From assembly GCA_041744215.1 (NCBI GenBank), contig JBGTLG010000041.1:1-64000 (forward strand): a stretch of 64,000 bases of DNA. Direction: 5' to 3'. Below are positions 1-8,399 of this stretch, piece by piece. The translations under genes were made by a program, and so were the position numbers. This DNA is from Fimbriimonadales bacterium (GTDB lineage: Bacteria; Armatimonadota; Fimbriimonadia; Fimbriimonadales; ATM1). The notes under the pieces are model-generated. The model had not been told where the DNA came from. It saw nothing but the letters and a program-made list of their open reading frames with translations, and did not search any database. Within the stretch, counting starts at the first letter, position 1. The number at the start of each line of letters is the position of its first letter.

Positions 1-2
1 AC

Positions 3-161
3 GGGGTCTACGCCACGGGCTATTCGTCGACGGACTCGCCCGACTATCAATTCGTTACGGCCAAGTGGGACGAAGACGGCGACAGCCCTGTTTGGTCGGA
101 CGCATTCGACACACATCCGACCCACGTTGACGAGTCGGTGCTGTGCCACCGCATCGCTTAA
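3..161 (+). CDS. C-terminal end of a protein entering from the left edge (possibly beta-propeller repeat)
   Basis: Frame 3 is open from the window edge: GVYATGYSSTDSPDYQFVTAKWDEDGDSPVWSDAF...HRIA, then TAA. The VYATGYS...FVTAKWD..G..W pattern resembles propeller blades. Confidence 0.4.
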   Translation, partial: GVYATGYSSTDSPDYQFVTAKWDEDGDSPVWSDAFDTHPTHVDESVLCHRIA

Positions 162-215
162 ACCCAGCAATAGTGCCTGCCCGCATTCCTACCGCCTGCG
201 GAATATGCGGGGAGT

Positions 216-464
216 ATGTCGGGCACGGTTTATGATGATCTGTTTTTGTCGACTCCACGGAGGGACCAGGAGTACTTCGACACGTTGTTGCCGAGGCATG
301 AGAGCCCTAACGGGCTGGACTATGTCCATGTTACGGAGTATTCCGTCGGCATCGAGGCAGCGATACAGACCGGGGGGGCGGCCGTGCCCGAACCGGGGAC
401 AATGCTGGCTTTAGCTCTTGGCGGCGCGGTTTTCTTCAAGCGTTTTCGTAAGCGAAAGGTATAA
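216..464 (+). CDS. Short PEP-CTERM sorting-domain protein (possibly a fragment)
   Basis: C-terminal VPEPGT, hydrophobic stretch MLALALGGAVFF and basic tail KRFRKRKV. No N-terminal signal peptide. Confidence 0.7.
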   Translation: MSGTVYDDLFLSTPRRDQEYFDTLLPRHESPNGLDYVHVTEYSVGIEAAIQTGGAAVPEPGTMLALALGGAVFFKRFRKRKV

Positions 465-473
465 CGCTTATCC

Positions 474-1037
474 GTGATTACACGGGTTGGCGTGTTGGCG
501 CTACAGGGCGATTTTCAAAAGCACATCGATGTACTTAGCGCTTTGGGCGCGGACGCGCGCGAGGTTCGGTCGCCTGGCGATCTGGCCGATTGCGGGCGAC
601 TGATCATCCCCGGCGGCGAGTCTACAACCCTTGAGATACTTTTGCGATCGAGCGGATTGGGTTCTGCGATTGTTTCGCGTGCGCAGGCGGGGATGCCCGT
701 TTGGGGAACGTGCATGGGAATGATCCTTCTTGCGAAAGAGATCGAGGGCAGGGAGCAGACTTCTTTTGGGTTGCTCGATGTTGTTGTTCGGCGCAATGCC
801 TTCGGTCGGCAGGTGTTTTCGTTCGAAGCGGATTTGGAGTTTCGGGGGCTGGATGCGCCGTTTCGAGCGGTGTTTATTCGCGCGCCGATCGTCGTTTCAC
901 ATGGGCCGGACGTCGAGGAGTTGGCGGTTTTTGATGGGAAGACCGTCGCTGTTCGGCAGGGCCGAATTCTTGGGACTGCCTTTCATCCTGAGCTGACTCC
1001 AGACACGCGCGTGCATGAGCTGTTTTTGCAGATGTGA
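474..1037 (+). CDS. pdxT: Pyridoxal 5'-phosphate synthase glutaminase subunit PdxT
   Basis: Motifs VGVLALQGDF, PGGEST, GTCMG, RNAFGRQ, FIRAP, FHPEL. Confidence 0.97.
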   Translation: MITRVGVLALQGDFQKHIDVLSALGADAREVRSPGDLADCGRLIIPGGESTTLEILLRSSGLGSAIVSRAQAGMPVWGTCMGMILLAKEIEGREQTSFGLLDVVVRRNAFGRQVFSFEADLEFRGLDAPFRAVFIRAPIVVSHGPDVEELAVFDGKTVAVRQGRILGTAFHPELTPDTRVHELFLQM

Positions 1038-1038
1038 T

Positions 1039-2160
1039 TCATCTTCCTTGCCAATAGCGAATAAGTTCTTCTTCGTTTTCGATGACGTCGCGGCTGGTTC
1101 GCTTGACGCGCAGATTGGGGGCGGGCTGCAATGCTCGGAAACTGGGATCGCCCTGCAATTCGTCGAGCCATAGAAGGGCGGCGACGCGAACTTGCTGATT
1201 CGGATCGCTCAGAAGCGAGATGAAGAAATCCTTGCGCTCTTCTGAGGCGTGATTCATCGTCGCTCGGATCGCTGAGGCTTTCGCGGCAGCGGTTCTTGCA
1301 TTGCGAATAATGTTCATCAGTTTCATCAATTCGCCGCTTCGAGTCGGTATCTCGATCCAAACGGTTTCTTGTGTATCGTGTGTCGCGTCGAATTCGTCGA
1401 AGAATTCCCAGAACTTTCGGTAGCCAGGTTCGCCTGTTACGATGGCCGAGGTCTTGTGGACTCGGGCCTTTCTTTCTGCGTTGCCGCCTGCTGCCGCGAA
1501 TAATCGAGGCTCGAATGTACTGGAATAGAACGAAGCGTACTCGGGAATGACGTGAGGCAGGGTCGGGTGGCGAGGGATCGATCTTTCGAGCCACTGCAAG
1601 TAGATGGGTTTCGGATCGCGTTCGTACGCTTGAATAAGAACTCCCGCATATCGCTCGTGCGGCGTTGCGCCTATGTTTGTGTACTCGCCAGCGGGAACGG
1701 TTGGCATTTCACGCAGGTTTGCAATCTTCCACTGATCGGCCGATTCCGATTGATAGAACACTCTTGATCCTCCTGTTCCAAACAGGCGCTCTGGTCCATA
1801 GGGGCGAACCATGGCGAGAATGCAGTAGTTTTCGGATGGCCAGAAGCTGGTGCTGGATCCTAGTGAAGTGCTTGAGTAAACAAGCGCTGTGATCATGCCA
1901 ATCGGAGCCTCGCCGTAGATCACAAGTTTCGGAGTGAAGCGATAACGGAAGGCAAAGCCCAGCTCCTCCGTTGGCGAAACGTTGCCTTCGGAGCTTACTT
2001 CGAAAAGATTAGGTCTGTAACTTCCCGCTCTGTCAACAAACTCCGCCAACAGAATCGTGTGAGCGTTCGCGAGGATTCTGTGTTCATACACAGAAGGGTA
2101 CATGTATTCGGGCAATTGCGGATTGGACGCGAATGCGAGAGTTGCAACGATTGGAAACAT
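1039..2160 (-). CDS. Hypothetical secreted protein with C-terminal HEAT-like motif (paralog 1)
   Basis: 373 aa ORF; GGAGG SD upstream; N-terminal MFPIVATLAFA; motif LLSDPNQQVRVAALLWL; paralog at 2382-3473. Confidence 0.8.
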   Translation of the reverse strand: MFPIVATLAFASNPQLPEYMYPSVYEHRILANAHTILLAEFVDRAGSYRPNLFEVSSEGNVSPTEELGFAFRYRFTPKLVIYGEAPIGMITALVYSSTSLGSSTSFWPSENYCILAMVRPYGPERLFGTGGSRVFYQSESADQWKIANLREMPTVPAGEYTNIGATPHERYAGVLIQAYERDPKPIYLQWLERSIPRHPTLPHVIPEYASFYSSTFEPRLFAAAGGNAERKARVHKTSAIVTGEPGYRKFWEFFDEFDATHDTQETVWIEIPTRSGELMKLMNIIRNARTAAAKASAIRATMNHASEERKDFFISLLSDPNQQVRVAALLWLDELQGDPSFRALQPAPNLRVKRTSRDVIENEEELIRYWQGR

Positions 2161-2303
2161 GATGTACCTCCAGAAGGCGCATGTGTTATGCTGCCATTTT
2201 CCCTGAATATGAGATCATGCGAGACGAGAAAGATCGATGGGGTTGCACCAGGCGCTGTCGCGCTCGTACCAGCGTGGTACTCGTGAACCAGCGAGAGCGG
2301 GTT

Positions 2304-2380
2304 GCCGGATTCTTAGGACTGCTTTTCATCCTGAGCTGACTCCAGACACGCGCGTGCATGAGCTGTTTTTGCAGATGTGA
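2304..2380 (+). pseudogene. pdxT: Duplicated 3' fragment of pdxT
   Basis: Encodes ...TAFHPELTPDTRVHELFLQM*, as at 961-1037, with only a few substitutions. Confidence 0.85.
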
Positions 2381-2381
2381 T

Positions 2382-3473
2382 TCATCTTCCTTGCCAGTAG
2401 CGAATCAGTTCTTCCTCGTTTTCGATGACGTCGCGGCTGGTTCGCTTGACGCGCAGATTGGGGGCGGGCTGCAATTCGTCGAGCCATAGAAGGGCGGCGA
2501 CGCGAACTTGCTGATTCGGATCGCTCAGAAGCGAGATGAAGAAATCCTTGCGCTCCTCCGATGCTTGACGGATAAGCGCGCGAGTCGCGGCTGCGCGCGC
2601 AGCGGCCGTACGCGCGTTTCGGGCTAGGTCCATTAGCTTGGAAGCGTCTGCGTTTCTTGCGGGAATTGCGAGCCAAACCGTTGCATCAGGCTCAGCAGTG
2701 GCATCGAAGTGATGCAAGAACTCCCAAAAACGCCGATATCCAGGATCACCGGTAATGACCGCCGACGTCTTCAGCACCTGTGACTTGCGCTCCGGATCTT
2801 CACCGGCGACTTGCAGCAGCCGTGGCTCAAGTGTTGAGAGGTAGAAACTAGCGTATTCGGGCAAAATCTCGGCGCGCGCCGGATGACGCTGCGCCGAGAA
2901 CTCAAGACCTACCACGAAAACAGCTTTGGGGTCGTGCTCGTATGCTTGTACGAGCACTGCGGAAACTCGTTCATGGGGCGTTGCACCGACTGCTGCATAG
3001 TCGCCAAGTGGAAGAGTTGGTACCTGCGAAGGTGTTCCAAACCTCCACTGATCGCTTGATTCACATCGAAAGAAGATGCCTCCGCCTCCGGTGCCGAGAA
3101 GGCGGTTGGCACCAAATGGACGATATAGCGCCATGAGGTAGAGCATATCTTTGCTGAACAAGTCGGGCCCGTATGGAGTTGACCGACCCTCAAACTTCAC
3201 GCCGGTTATCTGCTGGCCGACTTCGCCTTTTACAATCAGCTTCGGTCTAAAAATGTGCCGGTCGACGGTTCCTGTGCGGATCGTCTCGATGATGTTGCCA
3301 TTGTCGTCTGCCGTCACAACGTCTGCATCATACTGACCTGCGTACCCGATATACTCCACGACGACAATCGCGTCGGCGGTTTCGATTAGTCGGTTGGTCT
3401 CGTAGTACGGATAGACAGCGCTCGGAAACTGCGCAGGGGCGCCGAATACGAGAGTTGCAATGATTGGAAACAT
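2382..3473 (-). CDS. Hypothetical secreted protein with C-terminal HEAT-like motif (paralog 2)
   Basis: 363 aa ORF with the same SD and leader as 1039-2160 and a near-identical C-terminus. Confidence 0.8.
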   Translation of the reverse strand: MFPIIATLVFGAPAQFPSAVYPYYETNRLIETADAIVVVEYIGYAGQYDADVVTADDNGNIIETIRTGTVDRHIFRPKLIVKGEVGQQITGVKFEGRSTPYGPDLFSKDMLYLMALYRPFGANRLLGTGGGGIFFRCESSDQWRFGTPSQVPTLPLGDYAAVGATPHERVSAVLVQAYEHDPKAVFVVGLEFSAQRHPARAEILPEYASFYLSTLEPRLLQVAGEDPERKSQVLKTSAVITGDPGYRRFWEFLHHFDATAEPDATVWLAIPARNADASKLMDLARNARTAAARAAATRALIRQASEERKDFFISLLSDPNQQVRVAALLWLDELQPAPNLRVKRTSRDVIENEEELIRYWQGR

Positions 3474-3861
3474 GATGTACCTCCAGAAGGCGCATGTGTT
3501 ATGCTGCCATCTTCCCTGAATATGAGATCATACGAGACAAGGAAGATGGCTGCCGCATAGGAATTCGTGGCCTCCTTGTTTCTGGACCTTTCCGCGTTCC
3601 AATGTTTGCCGTCCGCGTTATCAACATAACACCTTAGCGCTCCTCTTGGCTTCGAAACGATGCTGCGAATCACATTCCACTCCGGCCCGACCGCGATCAG
3701 CGATTCCGGCATACATGTGACGCCTACAGCCATGTATGCGTTACTCGTGCCATGGCACCCATGCCTGCAGGATCCTTCCACGGTCTTATTGTTACGACAC
3801 ACCGCCTTAAGCAGCGCGTTCAATCCTCCGAATGCCGATTGTTTACCACAACCGCCGACGC

Positions 3862-5343
3862 TCAGATCGAGCCTAAAGCCCGCGTGAGCCGCCGAATCAT
3901 ACGCTCAGAGCCCAGCAGCGCCATCAGTTCGAACAATCCCGGACCGAACGTTTTTCCCGTTAACGCGACGCGCGTTGGATGGATTGCCTGCGCTCGCTTC
4001 TCCAGCCCCAGATGCTGCGCGGCCCGCGCGATCAAAGCGTCGCATTCTTCGACCGTGATCTCTGCGCGCTCCTTCAATTCGCCGAGCAAGTATTCGTAAA
4101 GCGGTTTTGTATGTGTTTGGCTAAACCACTTGGCAGCCGCTTCGGGGTCGATCGAAACTTCGTCTACGAAGAAGAAGTCGCATGCATCACAGAAGTCGGA
4201 TAGGAGTTTTACGCGCTCCTGTTCGAGGATCAACGCTTGTGTTGCGTACTCACGATCCTTCAGCCCATTCGCAAACGCGTCCCGGCATGGCTTCTTCAAG
4301 TACTCTTCGTCTTGCGAAGTTTCGTGAAACGCTTTCACAGAGTCATAGAGGTCGCTCGGAGATAAGTTGCGTATGTGAACGCCGTTCATCCACTGGAGCT
4401 TCGTTATGTCGAAGACGCCCGGCGACGGCTGGAGCCCGGTCAGCGAGAACGCCTGCTGCAGTTCGCTCATCGACATGATTTCGCGGTCGCCTCCGGGCGA
4501 CCATCCTATGAGCGCGATGTAGTTTGCGACAGCGGACCCAAGATATCCTTTCTCTCGATAGTCCAGGCACCGTGTATCGCCGTGGCGTTTGCTGAGCTTC
4601 GATCCATCGGGGCCTTTGATTACGGGAACGTGGACAAAGATTGGCGGAGTCCAGCCAAGCGCAGCATATAACATGACATGCTTTGGGGTCGAAGAAATCC
4701 ACTCTTCTCCACGTATAACATGCGTTATCTCTTCGCGATGGTCATCCACCACGTTTGCGAGGTGATACGTTGGCCAGCCGTCCGCTTTTAGCAGCACTTG
4801 ATCATCGATGAGCGCGGCGTCGTATTCGACGCGGCCGCGAATGGAATCACTAAACGCTATCTTTCCTTCGAGCGGCATCGCGAGTCTGATGACGTACGGC
4901 GTACCTGCAGCGATGAGCTTCTCGACTTCATCTGGATCTCGGTCGCGGCACCTTCGATTGTAGCCGGTCGGGAGTTTGTTGATGCGCTGATACTCGCGCA
5001 TCTTCTCTAATTCCTCTGTTGTGCAAAAGCAGCGATACGCGCTGTTATTCGCGATGAGTTCGTCTGCAATCTTTCGATACTTCGTCAGCCGCTCACTTTG
5101 GAAGTACGGGGCATATGGGCCGTCAACTTCTGGGCCCTCATCCCATTCGATGCGCAGCCATCTGAGACTATCGAGGATGTCTTCGAGCGCTCCTTCGACT
5201 GCGCGTGTTTGGTCAGTGTCTTCGATTCGAACGATGAATTGTCCACCATCTTTGCGCGCGAGGAGAAAGTTAAAGAGCGCCGTGCGAATGTTTCCGACGT
5301 GCGGGCTTCCTGTGGGCGAGGGTGCGTAGCGAACGCGAACCAT
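3862..5343 (-). CDS. gltX: Glutamate--tRNA ligase
   Basis: RYAPSPTG, HVGN (HIGH), RIEDTD, KLSKR (KMSKS). Confidence 0.97.
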   Translation of the reverse strand: MVRVRYAPSPTGSPHVGNIRTALFNFLLARKDGGQFIVRIEDTDQTRAVEGALEDILDSLRWLRIEWDEGPEVDGPYAPYFQSERLTKYRKIADELIANNSAYRCFCTTEELEKMREYQRINKLPTGYNRRCRDRDPDEVEKLIAAGTPYVIRLAMPLEGKIAFSDSIRGRVEYDAALIDDQVLLKADGWPTYHLANVVDDHREEITHVIRGEEWISSTPKHVMLYAALGWTPPIFVHVPVIKGPDGSKLSKRHGDTRCLDYREKGYLGSAVANYIALIGWSPGGDREIMSMSELQQAFSLTGLQPSPGVFDITKLQWMNGVHIRNLSPSDLYDSVKAFHETSQDEEYLKKPCRDAFANGLKDREYATQALILEQERVKLLSDFCDACDFFFVDEVSIDPEAAAKWFSQTHTKPLYEYLLGELKERAEITVEECDALIARAAQHLGLEKRAQAIHPTRVALTGKTFGPGLFELMALLGSERMIRRLTRALGSI

Positions 5344-5355
5344 GAGCGTGCAATG

Positions 5356-6447
5356 CTACCCTTTGGCGCGTGCTTGTTGAAGCATCATGAATTCGTAGAG
5401 ATTTTCTATCGTCAGCATTCCGATCAATTCGTCATTTTCCATTACGAGAATCGGGCTCTTGTCTCCTTGTGAGAAGACTTTCAGGGCTGACTCTAAGGGT
5501 TCGTGTGGCGGAAACTGGGAGAATTCTCTAACCATGTGACCCGCGACATAGTCGCTGCCGCCGCGCTGAGCGAGCCCTCTCAGGAGCGCGTCTCTGGTGA
5601 GCACGCCGTGGACGGTGCCTTCGTAAGAAACAGGAAAGTCTTGTTGAGATCCTTCGAGCAGCAGACTTGAAGCCTCCTCAAGAGTTTGCCCTCCAGAGAG
5701 GGTGCGAAAGTTTGTGAGCATCGCGTCTGCGATGCGGCGTCCCTCGATCAGCGACATTCCAACTGCCGACTGCGCTTCTTGTCCTGCGCCGAGAAAAACG
5801 AAAACGGCTATGAGAACGAGCACGACATTTCCGGTGATGATTCCCAGCATTCCGAAGCCGACCGCCAATAGCTGCCCGACTACGGCTGCGATCTGGGTTG
5901 CCTTTGCCTCCGGCATCTGCATTGCGAGCACGGATCGCAGCACACGACCTCCATCCATTGGGAACGCCGGAACCATGTTGAAGAGCGGGAGGATTACATT
6001 GACAGCGAAGATGCCTTCGAGAACCGAGTGTTCTTTGAGCGGTGCGAATACCTGTGGAAGGCTGCCGGTTGTGAGCCACAGCAGCAGCCCGACGACCACT
6101 GCGATGACGACGTTGACCATTGGGCCAGCCAGCGCAATCCAGAACTCCTGCTTCGGCTTGGGGCGGTCGGTGAGCATTGCGACGCCGCCGATGGGATAGA
6201 GCGTGATGTCTCGCGTGCCGACGCCAAACCGGCGCGCCGTTAGTGCGTGGCCGAGTTCGTGAAGGATCACACTCAAGAACACAAAGGGCAGCAGGATTGC
6301 AAGGGTCATTCCTTCGGGCGATGATTGCGCAGCGAAGATCACCCACGCCACGAGAAGGAAGAACGTTATGTGAATCCTAACAGGTATTCCGGAAACGGTC
6401 GCGATTCGAAACGACCATGGAGAACTGGCTGGCTTTTGAGTACTCAT
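5356..6447 (-). CDS. Site-2 protease (M50) with C-terminal CBS domains
   Basis: HELGH, FNMVPAFPMDGGR, several TM segments and a CBS pair. Confidence 0.93.
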   Translation of the reverse strand: MSTQKPASSPWSFRIATVSGIPVRIHITFFLLVAWVIFAAQSSPEGMTLAILLPFVFLSVILHELGHALTARRFGVGTRDITLYPIGGVAMLTDRPKPKQEFWIALAGPMVNVVIAVVVGLLLWLTTGSLPQVFAPLKEHSVLEGIFAVNVILPLFNMVPAFPMDGGRVLRSVLAMQMPEAKATQIAAVVGQLLAVGFGMLGIITGNVVLVLIAVFVFLGAGQEAQSAVGMSLIEGRRIADAMLTNFRTLSGGQTLEEASSLLLEGSQQDFPVSYEGTVHGVLTRDALLRGLAQRGGSDYVAGHMVREFSQFPPHEPLESALKVFSQGDKSPILVMENDELIGMLTIENLYEFMMLQQARAKG

Positions 6448-8399
6448 TATCTGGAGAAGAAGATGCCCACTTGGCTGTCTGCGATCCGTTCTTCTCTACG
6501 CGCCCATTGTACGGACCGCTTCCCATTTCCAACCCAATCGAGATTTGCAGGGAATGTGTCGTTTCCTCCGAGGTCGATGAAAAGCCCGAGGGAAAAAGCC
6601 ATGGCCCGAATTCCTGTGTCAGTCGGATTCACTCGTCCGAGCGTGGTCCCGCGTGTGTCGTAGATGTCATTTCCAAGCAGGTCGATGAAGATTCCGATTC
6701 CATTAGCGTTGCCAGCACCGAGCGAGAGGTTTGGCGCCGTGTACGAATCGTTCCCGGCACGATCTATTAGGTAACCGATACTGAAGTCGTGGCCTGCTCC
6801 CTGCGCCATATTCATGGTCGCGGTGTATTTGTCGTTGCCGGCGATGTCTTCGAGATAGCCGATCGCAAAATGCGCGGATGCGCCCTGCACATACCACGCT
6901 CCATGATAGACGTCGTCGCCGTCGATGTCAAAGAGCGCGCCGATGCCTTGCCAATATCCAACACCTTGACCAAACACTCCGCAGGTGTACGTGTCGTTTC
7001 CTGCGCCGTCGTAGAGTACGCCGATGCCGCCGCCCATGCTGTGGCCGTCGGAAAAGTCTGCACGCACACCGAATCCCGCGCCTTGCGACATTGAGATGTT
7101 GTTAGCCGCTGACTGGGGAGACGGAAAATCGATGACCTCGTCGTTCGCGACGTATGTGTCGTTTCCAGCAGCGTCAGCCAGAATCCCAATACCCTTCACA
7201 AGTCCGCATCCTTGCACTTGGTTGAATCCTGAGTACTTATCCGAGCCGGCAGCGTCGAGCAGCATGCCAGCTCCGCACATACCGAAGCCTTGCGAATCGG
7301 TGTACGCATCGTAGACATCGTCTCCCTGCGTGTCGAGAAGCGCGGCTACGCCAAATCGGGCGCTACCCTGCGATGGTTCCCCGGAGCGGTACAGGTCATC
7401 CCCTTCAAGATCGATGAGGCATGCAATTCCGAAATGAGCGCTTGCGGGGCCTTGGCCAGAGCGTCGCGTCCGCGATTCGCGACTCGCGATGGGCCCATCG
7501 ATATCGGCTTGTTCTGTCACATAAATGTCGCGGCCTTGTGTGTCGATAATCACGGAAAACCAGCACGACGGGTTTGCTTGCGCGCCACCCAGATAAATGT
7601 CGTCGCCGGCCGTGTCGATGATGAGAAGATGGGCGCCGGGTCCCGTTATGTCCTTGCTACCGCCGCTCAACGTCACCCGCCCCCAAGGCGTTTCGACTTG
7701 GTATCGATAAACCGCTTGGAACGGAACATCCTTCACCCAGTCGGCGGCGACCTTGGCTGCAGCGAGCAGGTCCGCTGCCGCCGAATACAGGAACCTAAGA
7801 TCGACCCCGCGACGGAGCCGGAGCCGAGCGATGGTTGCTAGGGGGCCGGAGCCGATCGACCCTTCTGCGATCTTGGCCTCCGCTGGTCCACCGACACCGG
7901 CGAAAGCAGCATCATAGAGGGGCTTCGAGTCGATGGCTGCGAGGATAATGAGCGCTGCGGCACTCCTGACGGGCTCAGGTACGTTACTGGCAGCTGGCAC
8001 GGTTGCGACGCCTATCCTCCGCAGGGCATCTTCCAGCGCACCGTCCTGCCTAGCTGCGGATTGCCATCGCTCTGTCTGGCTTCCGAGCAGATCGCGCCGT
8101 GTGGCTTCGCCCGTCCATGGCCTCGTCGCCATGAGGATCGCGGCTGGGTCTGTGGGGGCGGTTTGGATCGAGCCTCGAAGGGACTCAAACATCCGGATGC
8201 CGCGCCAAGGATCCGCCTCGATAGAGCGAAAGGAAGGCAGGGTGAACTCGTCGAAGCTATAGAGCCGAATGATGTTCTGGTCGAACCTCGCGCTATCTCT
8301 CGTCAGGCCTGCGATCCCCAGCGCTTCATCAATGGCGTCGGCAAGTGCTGTGCAGGGAATCAGGATTGCAGCGAGGATTGCGGCTGGCGCGGTCTTCAT
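6447..8399 (-). CDS. Secreted hypothetical protein with many DxxGxDxY / SQGxG repeats
   Basis: Signal peptide MKTAPAAILAAILIPCTALA; about 12 repeats such as DTAGDDIY, DLEGDDLY, DAAGNDTY, DIDGDDVY. Confidence 0.85.
   Translation of the reverse strand: MKTAPAAILAAILIPCTALADAIDEALGIAGLTRDSARFDQNIIRLYSFDEFTLPSFRSIEADPWRGIRMFESLRGSIQTAPTDPAAILMATRPWTGEATRRDLLGSQTERWQSAARQDGALEDALRRIGVATVPAASNVPEPVRSAAALIILAAIDSKPLYDAAFAGVGGPAEAKIAEGSIGSGPLATIARLRLRRGVDLRFLYSAAADLLAAAKVAADWVKDVPFQAVYRYQVETPWGRVTLSGGSKDITGPGAHLLIIDTAGDDIYLGGAQANPSCWFSVIIDTQGRDIYVTEQADIDGPIASRESRTRRSGQGPASAHFGIACLIDLEGDDLYRSGEPSQGSARFGVAALLDTQGDDVYDAYTDSQGFGMCGAGMLLDAAGSDKYSGFNQVQGCGLVKGIGILADAAGNDTYVANDEVIDFPSPQSAANNISMSQGAGFGVRADFSDGHSMGGGIGVLYDGAGNDTYTCGVFGQGVGYWQGIGALFDIDGDDVYHGAWYVQGASAHFAIGYLEDIAGNDKYTATMNMAQGAGHDFSIGYLIDRAGNDSYTAPNLSLGAGNANGIGIFIDLLGNDIYDTRGTTLGRVNPTDTGIRAMAFSLGLFIDLGGNDTFPANLDWVGNGKRSVQWARREERIADSQVGIFFSR

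Larger units (their letters stand above)
961..3548. repeat. Tandem duplication of a ~1.3 kb unit (961-~2235 and 2304-~3548), including a copy of the pdxT 3' end
   Basis: 961-1240 matches 2304-2555 almost base for base. 2135-2230 matches 3450-3545. The interiors are diverged. Confidence 0.9.

Noticed and set aside
961-3548. IS/transposon or diversity-generating retroelement as the cause of the duplication
   Set aside because: No transposase, terminal inverted repeats or reverse transcriptase; differences are not confined to adenines
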